From: Candidatus Wildermuthbacteria bacterium
GTDB lineage: Bacteria > Patescibacteriota > Minisyncoccia > Minisyncoccales > CAVTZN01
Direction of reading: 5' to 3'
NCBI GenBank assembly: GCA_963739285.1
Contig: CAVTZN010000004.1
Span: 31,227-95,226 of the forward strand
DNA length: 64,000 nucleotides
Made by a program: the position numbers and the translations under genes. Positions 20,114 through 26,431 of this stretch are shown here, piece by piece (the stretch's first letter is position 1; the number at the start of each line of letters is the position of its first letter). Below the pieces are notes generated by a model, which was given only the letters and a program-made list of their open reading frames with translations, did no database searches and was not told where the DNA came from.

Positions 20114-20143
20114 CCCCCACACCAAATTTTGGTGTGGGGTTTA
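20114..20143 (+). terminator. Terminator hairpin CCCCACACCAAA/TTTGGTGTGGGG (member of the CCCCCACACCA arm family)
   Basis: 12-nt perfect inverted repeat followed by TTT. Confidence 0.6.
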
Positions 20144-20293
20144 CTAAAAAAGGAAAGTATGGTAATAAGAAAATGTGCGGAAGACCATAGGCGCATTTTC
20201 TTGAATCGGAATTGAAAATCCGATATTCTAAAAAATAGGAGGGTTGTTCTTTGACAACCTGATTTTAAATAAAGATAAGGGAGGTTATAGAAA

Positions 20294-21655
20294 ATGGCAG
20301 GATTGTTTGCATTAAGCATCAACACCCAAAAATATCGAGGAGATTTTCTGGAAGATTTATTCTGGGAAACATTTTACCAACAGCATGCGGGCGAGGAGTA
20401 TGGTGGATTATCAACGTACAATCCAGACAGAGATGAGATAAAAATCCGTACCCATCGAGGGTTATTTAGGCCCACCTTCAGTGAAGATTTACTGGGTCTT
20501 GAGGGAACAGAAGGTATTGGTTATTGCGGTGCCGCCCGAGAACCGTTTTTTGTAGATTCGAGATTAGGAAAGATGAGTGCCTGTTTCTCAGGCAACCTCA
20601 TCAATTGCTCTGAATTAGTTGAGCAGTTTAAGAACTTTAGGCATACCTTCGAGAGGGGAGACGATATTGAAATAATTACCAAACTCATCGCCCAAGGGGA
20701 TAATATAATCGATGGCATTAAAAGAGCAAACGGAGGCATTAAAGGAGCATATTCTCTTCTCATTCTGACTTCAGAAGGAATTTATGCTGTCCGTTGCCCG
20801 AGTGCCCACTGGTCCCTAGCCATAGGCGAAAAAGAAGGAGCAGTAGCGGTTGCGTCTGAACCGGGAGGGTTTCGAAATCGTGGGTTCAAACTTATCCGCA
20901 GCCTTGAGCCTGGGGAAATTGTGCTAATGAAAAACGGTAGCCTCGAGACAAAAGAAAAAATACCCGGAGATAAAATACAATTTTGTAGCTTTCTCTGGGT
21001 TTATAGCGCATTTCCTAATGCTGTGTTTGAAGGAATACCAGCTTCAGCCGTAAGAAAAAGGTTGGGAACTAATTTAGCTCGTCAGGATATCAAAATGGGA
21101 TTTATCCCGGACATAGTGGTTCCTATTCCTGATTCGGGTAGGTTCCATGCTATTGGATATCATCAGGAATTTTGCCGGCAAGTGAACGAAGGAAAAATAA
21201 ATAAAATTCCCATTTATGATGAGGCTTTGCTAAAATATCCGTACGCTGGCAGAAGTTTTACTCCTCAGACCGAAGAAGCGAGGGAGTTGGAGGCCAATAT
21301 AAAAATATTGGAAAGTGGAGAAGACTACTATCAGGGCAAAGAGGTGGTTGTATGCGACGACTCGCTAGTCAGAGGAGTCCAGACCCGAGCGAATTTGGTC
21401 CCTAAATTAAGGGCACTAGGGATAAAAGGAATCCACTTCCGAATTTCTAATCCCGAATTACGTTCCCATTGTCCTTATGGAAAAACTACTAAAAAAGGAG
21501 AAACCTTAGCTACCCAGTTTCCTTCTAAGGAGGACAGAAATCGGGTTTTAGGAATCGAGAGTTCGGAATATAATACCATTGATGGTTTAACAGGTGCCAT
21601 CGGGCTGCCAAAAGAACAACTCTGCGTAGATTGTGATTTAGATCTCCCCGAGTAA
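20294..21655 (+). CDS. Amidophosphoribosyltransferase (PurF)-like protein lacking the N-terminal catalytic Cys
   Basis: 453 aa, intact. PRPP loop VVVCDDSLVRGVQTR; Cys residues at Fe-S ligand-like positions (QFCSF, SHCPYG, LCVDC). The N-terminus is MAGLFAL instead of MCG. Confidence 0.7.
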   Translation: MAGLFALSINTQKYRGDFLEDLFWETFYQQHAGEEYGGLSTYNPDRDEIKIRTHRGLFRPTFSEDLLGLEGTEGIGYCGAAREPFFVDSRLGKMSACFSGNLINCSELVEQFKNFRHTFERGDDIEIITKLIAQGDNIIDGIKRANGGIKGAYSLLILTSEGIYAVRCPSAHWSLAIGEKEGAVAVASEPGGFRNRGFKLIRSLEPGEIVLMKNGSLETKEKIPGDKIQFCSFLWVYSAFPNAVFEGIPASAVRKRLGTNLARQDIKMGFIPDIVVPIPDSGRFHAIGYHQEFCRQVNEGKINKIPIYDEALLKYPYAGRSFTPQTEEARELEANIKILESGEDYYQGKEVVVCDDSLVRGVQTRANLVPKLRALGIKGIHFRISNPELRSHCPYGKTTKKGETLATQFPSKEDRNRVLGIESSEYNTIDGLTGAIGLPKEQLCVDCDLDLPE

Positions 21656-21682
21656 AACGCGTACCATAATCATAATAACTCA

Positions 21683-21716
21683 AAAGGCTACCCGTTTAAG
21701 GGTGGCCTTTTATTTT
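21683..21716. terminator. Bidirectional terminator between the purF-like gene and rplT
   Basis: AAAGGCTACCC-GTTTAA-GGGTGGCCTTT with T and A runs on both sides. Confidence 0.7.
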
Positions 21717-21730
21717 AAAATATTTTTAGA

Positions 21731-22078
21731 CTATTTTTTTATTTTCTCTACTATTTTTTCGAAGATTTCAGGTTGGTTTTTGGCGAGTTGGGATAGAATT
21801 TTTCGGTCAATCTCTATTTTGTTTTTCTTTAAACCGGCGATGAATTTAGAATAAGAAATATCCAACTCACGGCAAGCAGCATTAATTTGAATTTGCCAGA
21901 GTCGTCTAAAATCTCTTTTTTTGACTTTTCTATCTCGATAGGCATATTCCCAGGCGTGATATATAGCCTCTTTCGCCGCCCGGTATTTTGTTTTTCTTCC
22001 CCAACGAAAACCTTTGGCATATTTTAAGAGATGCTTTCTTCTTTTATGAGCAATTTTTCCTCGTTTAACGCGTGTCAT
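21731..22078 (-). CDS. rplT: 50S ribosomal protein L20
   Basis: MTRVKRGKIAHKRRKHLLKYAKGFRWGRK. Confidence 0.92.
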   Translation of the reverse strand: MTRVKRGKIAHKRRKHLLKYAKGFRWGRKTKYRAAKEAIYHAWEYAYRDRKVKKRDFRRLWQIQINAACRELDISYSKFIAGLKKNKIEIDRKILSQLAKNQPEIFEKIVEKIKK

Positions 22079-22130
22079 GAATTAGTGGAGTAATTTTTTA
22101 AATTTCGAACGGAGTAAGAAATCAAGGTCC

Positions 22131-22313
22131 TTACCTCAGTAAGGATCTTATCTTTTTAGCTTCCGGCGGCGAAACTCTGACCCATTTGCGACTTTTTCTG
22201 ATTCTTTCCCCTGATTTTTTCGCCCGATAATGGTTAAGACCGCTCCGTCTTCTTAAGATTTTTCCGGTTTTGGTAATTTTGAATCGTTTTAAAATTGACT
22301 TTCGTAATTTCAT
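22131..22313 (-). CDS. rpmI: 50S ribosomal protein L35
   Basis: MKLRKSILKRFKITKTGKILRRRSGLNHY. Confidence 0.9.
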   Translation of the reverse strand: MKLRKSILKRFKITKTGKILRRRSGLNHYRAKKSGERIRKSRKWVRVSPPEAKKIRSLLR

Positions 22314-22468
22314 AACCCGAAGGAAGTTAAATATTTTCTGTGATTATTTTAATTAAACTTTTGAATAATAGATAAACTATTGCCTCATAGATAGCCAGGG
22401 ATTTTTGATAGAAAATATTTTGTCATTATTTTAGCCACGAAAATCCCTTTGTTTTCCTACGGGGCATA

Positions 22469-22978
22469 TCATTGTTTAGAAATAATCATATTAAATCCTC
22501 TGAACTCTCTTTTTAATTCCCTTTCAGTTTTGATAGGGGTCAACTTTGCTAAACTTTCTAAAAATTGTTTGATTTTATCTTTGGCAAAATCTCCATGAGC
22601 TTTTTCTCTGCCCCTGAGAACCATTTCTACCCTGACCTTGTTCCCTTCTTTTAAAAATTTTTCTGCCTGCTTAACTCTAATTTCTAAATCGTGAATTGAG
22701 ATTCCAAAAGAAAGTCTTATTCCTTTGATTTCGCCGCCCTTTTGTTTTTTGGCCCCTTTCTCTCTTTTTTCTTCAAGATAAGAGTATTTCCCATAGTCCA
22801 TTATTTTACAGACCGGCGGGTCAACCCTTTCTGTAACCTGAATTAAATCTAAATTGCGCTCCCGAGCTATCTGGAGCGCTTCTTGTAATGAAAGAATTCC
22901 CAGTTGTTTTCCAGTTTCGTCAATCGTTCTTACTTCCCGAGCCCTTATTTGATTGTTGATTAAGGTTCGTTTATACAG
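22469..22978 (-). CDS. infC: Translation initiation factor IF-3, non-ATG start (CTG 22978 or in-frame ATC)
   Basis: The frame is open upstream of the annotated Met: ...LINNQIRAREVRTIDETGKQLGILSLQEALQIARERNLDLIQV...KIMDYGKY... There is no in-frame ATG at the N-terminus, as is typical for infC. Confidence 0.8.
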   Translation of the reverse strand: MYKRTLINNQIRAREVRTIDETGKQLGILSLQEALQIARERNLDLIQVTERVDPPVCKIMDYGKYSYLEEKREKGAKKQKGGEIKGIRLSFGISIHDLEIRVKQAEKFLKEGNKVRVEMVLRGREKAHGDFAKDKIKQFLESLAKLTPIKTERELKREFRGFNMIISKQ

Positions 22979-22985
22979 ATTCTTG

Positions 22986-23333
22986 TGGAGGTGTGGGCAT
23001 TGAAGCCCAATCCGGAAATTTCACCAAAATATTTCTACAGGGATGTCCCGTTTTATATTTGAAATACTAGATTTAAAAACAGGCAAAAATTCTAGTACCA
23101 CTTGTCTCTTTTTTTTCGATAAGTTCGCGAGACAAAAAACCATCTATCTCGATGATATGACACCCTTTTTACCTATCGAGAGTTAGTAAAGAGGATGCTG
23201 CTTTAAGCAAAAGCTAAAGCAGGTTTAGAAAATAAGTTTTTGGCGCTTATTTTGTTGCTAGAAGTTTAATGAGTTTCTAGCATACTCCCCCTGCCTATTT
23301 TGACGAATATTCCCGTCGATTCCTTGCACCCCC
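22986..23333 (-). ncRNA. ssrA: tmRNA (SsrA); predicted tag AKNLFSKPALAFA
   Basis: 5' GGGGGTGCAAGGAATCGACGGGA... pairs with 3' ...CACCTCC-A, including a G3-U wobble. T arm is TGGGC-TTCAAT-GCCCA. Tag ORF GCC...GCT TAA lies at 23244-23203. It is adjacent to smpB. Confidence 0.8.
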
Positions 23334-23456
23334 CCCTCTATCCAAAGATTTCTTCTGAAATCTTTGTCGAGCCCTATACATAAAATTTTCTATATCGGGC
23401 TCGACGATTAGTATAGAGCCCGACATTAACTTCTTTAGGGGTTAATGTATAGGGCC

Positions 23457-23903
23457 CTAGTAATTTTTCATTTCTCTTTTTATCTCTCTTTCCGCCTCTC
23501 TTTTTTTAATTAGCTCTCTTTTATCGGCTTTTTTAAGACCCTTTCCTATTCCAAATTCTAATTTTATTTTACCTCTCTTAGTATAAACCTTTAAAGGGAC
23601 CAAAGTCAAGCCCCTTTGCTTTACTTTACCGATTAAATAATCAATTTCCCTCTTTTTTAGAAGAAGTTTTCTTGAGCGCAAAGGGTCATAATCTTCAGGA
23701 ATGTTTTTCGGCTGATAGGGAGGAATTTTAGCGTTGATTAAATAAAATTCCGAGTCCCTTAAAACTATATAGGAACCGGCTAAATTTATTCTCCCTGATT
23801 TTATCGATTTTACCTCTTGGCCGATTAAAACAATCCCGGCCTCGAGTTTTTCCAGGATTTCATAGTCGAAATACGCTTTTTTATTCTCGGCAAGAAACTT
23901 CAT
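23457..23903 (-). CDS. smpB: SsrA-binding protein SmpB
   Basis: MKFLAENKKAYFDYEILEKLEAGIVLIGQEVKSIK...; the ORF-track start at 23957 is an upstream extension. Confidence 0.9.
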   Translation of the reverse strand: MKFLAENKKAYFDYEILEKLEAGIVLIGQEVKSIKSGRINLAGSYIVLRDSEFYLINAKIPPYQPKNIPEDYDPLRSRKLLLKKREIDYLIGKVKQRGLTLVPLKVYTKRGKIKLEFGIGKGLKKADKRELIKKREAEREIKREMKNY

Positions 23904-23932
23904 CAATTTTAGTTTAGCATGCTCACTATAAC

Positions 23933-23960
23933 TTGACAAATTTTTAATAAAGTGCATAAT
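23933..23960 (+). promoter_or_regulatory. Candidate promoter (TTGACA-16-CATAAT) for the XRE-sigma4 gene
   Basis: TTGACA 23933-23938, CATAAT 23955-23960. Confidence 0.4.
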
Positions 23961-24005
23961 GGAAATATCTTGGGCAATCTATATGCCCAGACCAAGGAGG
24001 AATGG

Positions 24006-24593
24006 ATGGGAGAAGAATTCCGTTTCGGCCTGAAGCAGAGAATCTTTAACTGGTATATGCGAGTGGCCAGGGAGAGAATCGGGCTTCTTCAGAAGGACTT
24101 AGGTAGATTAGTGGGAGTGAGCAAAGAAGCTATTTGTTCCTACGAGAATCTTCGGACTTTCCCGAGACCAGCGATTCAAGAAAAAATTGCTGAAGCTCTA
24201 AGGGTTCCCGCAGAGAGCATTTTTCCTCCATGGCTTAAGGAATTTAAGTTAAAAGCCGTTCCAGCGGCTATCGAGGAAAGGTCTATAAGTCTAACGGAAA
24301 CAATTTCCCTAAAACTTATTAGACCAGAAATGCTGATGATTGAGGGGCCCGAAGAGGAAGCTGAGCGGAGCGCCCTGAAAGACCAAATCAACGAGGAACT
24401 AAAAACTCTTAAACCTAGAGAAAGAAAAGTTCTTGAACTGAGATTTGGCCTGGGAGATGAGGAGCCGATGACCCTTGAGAAAATTGGCCGAGAGATGGGC
24501 GTAACGAGTGCGAGAATTCGCCAAATCGAAGTCAGAGCCCTCAAAAAACTCCGCCGCCCTGCTCGCAGTAGGAAGCTTAAAGAGTTTCTCTAA
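24006..24593 (+). CDS. Fusion protein: N-terminal XRE-type HTH + C-terminal sigma-70 region 4 (no region 2)
   Basis: AAGGAGG SD 5 nt before ATG 24006. The N-terminus (RIGLLQKDLGRLVGVSKEAICSYENLRTFP...IAEALRV) is XRE-like. The C-terminus (LKPRERKVLELRFGLGDEEPMTLEKIGREMGVTSARIRQIEVRALKKLRRPARSRKLKEFL) looks like primary-sigma region 4.2. The gene is GC-rich. Confidence 0.6.
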   Translation: MGEEFRFGLKQRIFNWYMRVARERIGLLQKDLGRLVGVSKEAICSYENLRTFPRPAIQEKIAEALRVPAESIFPPWLKEFKLKAVPAAIEERSISLTETISLKLIRPEMLMIEGPEEEAERSALKDQINEELKTLKPRERKVLELRFGLGDEEPMTLEKIGREMGVTSARIRQIEVRALKKLRRPARSRKLKEFL

Positions 24594-24787
24594 TCTCGTT
24601 GGTAGAGAACTACCCTCCTGAGCCAGGAGGAATCTGAAAACAATACGGTACTCAGATTCGAGCTGTAGCAAGGACAAGCAGTAGGCTAATTAGGTTTCAA
24701 CCAAGTCCTGTGCCCGCCGAAAATGGGCCGAAACCGCGAAAGTTGAAACAAGTCTCCTGTGGAAAAAGCAGGAGGCTTTTTATTTTT
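24594..24787 (+). ncRNA. Candidate structured RNA (3' UTR element or sRNA), unknown family
   Basis: Four clean hairpins (24601-24614, 24614-24630, 24630-24659, 24694-24749) plus a terminator; GC-rich; no ORF. Confidence 0.35.
24753..24787 (+). terminator. Rho-independent terminator
   Basis: CTCCTG-TGGAAAAAG-CAGGAG followed by GCTTTTTATTTTT. Confidence 0.75.
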
Positions 24788-24804
24788 ACCATAAATAAGA
24801 TAAA

Positions 24805-24877
24805 CCCCCACACCAAATAAAGACTGACTTCGTCAATCCGTCGCTAAAAGCGACTTGTCTTTGTTATGGTGTGGGGG
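24805..24877 (+). repeat. 73-nt nested hairpin with CCCCCACACCA / TGGTGTGGGGG arms, 16 nt upstream of argS
   Basis: 11-bp outer stem plus a 9-bp extension with one bulge, and an inner GTCGCT-AAA-AGCGAC hairpin. The arm sequence is shared with the 20114 terminator. Confidence 0.5.
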
Positions 24878-24892
24878 TAAACTAAAAGAAGC

Positions 24893-26427
24893 ATGATACG
24901 TCAAGAGATTAAAAATTTAATTGAAAAAGCAATAAAAAACCTTTACAAAAAAGAGGTTGAGGTTAAGATAGAGCGGCCAACAGAGCCAGATTTCGGCGAT
25001 TATGCCACTGGCGCAGCAATGCCAATTAAAAAAAATCCCCAAGAAATTGCCGACACTATTAAGATGGATATTTTAGGAAAAATAGATGTAAAAAATGGCT
25101 TCATCAATTTTTTTATTTCTAAAGGATATCTGCAAAAACAGGTTCAAGAGATTTTAAAGCAAAAAGAAAAATTCGGAGATTTAAAAATTGGTAAGGGACA
25201 AAAAGTTAATATTGAATTTATTTCGGCAAATCCGACAGGTCCCCTGACCTTAGGTAACGGCCGTGGAGGCTTCTGCGGAGATGTGCTATCCAACGTTTTA
25301 GATAAAGCAGGTTATAAAATAAAAAGAGAGTACTACATAAATGACATTGGAGAACAGGTTAGAAAATTAGGCCATTCTATCGTCGGCGATTCGGAAGCTG
25401 CTTATAAAGGCAAATATATTGATGATTTGAGAAGCAGAATCAAGGGCGGCGATCCCGAAAAAGTCGGTGAAGAAGGTGCCAAGATTATTTTAGAAAAAAT
25501 GATAAAGCCCTCGATCAAGAAAATGGGAATAAAGTTTGATATTTGGTTTTCTGAGAAAGGTTTACATCAAAAAAAAGAAGTAGAAAAAGTAATAGATTTT
25601 TTAAGAAAGAAGAATTTGGCTTACGAAAAAGAAGGAGCCGTTTGGTTTAAATCAACCCAATTTGGTGATGAGAAAGACAGGGTTTTGATAAAGGCAAACG
25701 GCGAGAAGACCTATTTTTTATCTGATATAGCTTATTTAAAAAATAAATTTGAGAGAGGATTCCAGAAGTTAATTTTTTTCTGGGGTGCGGATCATTACGG
25801 TTATATTAACCGAATGAAAGCTGCGGCAGAAGCATTAGGATACAAGAGAGAACAATTAGATATTATAATTATGCAACTTGTAGCTATAATGTGGGGTGGA
25901 GAGAAATTACGAATGTCAAAAAGGGAAGGTGTTTATAGAACGATTGAAGAGTTGATTGATGGATTAGGTTTAGATATTGTAAGGTTTTTCTTTTTGACGC
26001 GAAGTCCAGAGAGTCACTTAATTTTTAATCTGGATTTAGCAAAACAGCAATCAGAAAAAAACCCGGTTTATTATGTTCAGTACGCCCATGCGAGAATTTG
26101 TAGTATTTTACGTAAAGTAGAGAACGCTAAACCAAATACAAGATAAACGAGGAACCCTTAGAACATCCATGAGAATTAAGCTTAATTAAACAGTTAATCA
26201 GATTGCCAGAAATTATTGAAGATACAGCGAGAGATTATCAGGTTCAGAGATTACCTCAATACGCGATAGATTTGGCAACTTCATTCCACCAGTTCTACCG
26301 AGATTGCCAGGTTATAAGCGAGGAAGGAGGATTAAATAAAAACCGCTTAAATTTAATTTCGGCAACGAAAATTGTTCTGAAAAACACTTTAAATCTAATG
26401 GGCATTTCCGCCCCAGAAAAAATGTAG
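24893..26427 (+). CDS. argS: Arginyl-tRNA synthetase; one frame break (about 26134) and one in-frame TGA (26170-26172)
   Basis: ORFs 24893-26146 and 26203-26427. Motifs: SANPTGPLTLGNGRG, class I signature region, C-terminal ...QYAIDLATSFHQFY...GISAPEKM*. Confidence 0.85.
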
Positions 26428-26431
26428 ATCT

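Noticed and set aside
20173-20190. Mini-ORF ATG TGC GGA... (M-C-G, the class-II amidotransferase N-terminal signature) about 120 nt upstream of the Cys-less purF-like gene
   Set aside because: It stops after 5 codons, the downstream frames have no PurF similarity, and it lies inside a hairpin arm. It is probably coincidence, though worth a glance in orthologous loci.
22314-22468. L20-type ribosomal-protein leader between infC and rpmI (9-bp long-range pairing AGGGATTTT/AAAATCCCT on the minus strand)
   Set aside because: It is a single stem only. I cannot match the known L20 leader pseudoknot from memory, so it stays an unannotated spacer.
24788-24892. T-box leader upstream of argS, and glmS ribozyme upstream of glmS (40193-40236)
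   Set aside because: The argS upstream element is only about 75 nt and lacks specifier-loop and T-box consensus. The glmS upstream spacer is about 40 nt, too short for the ribozyme.
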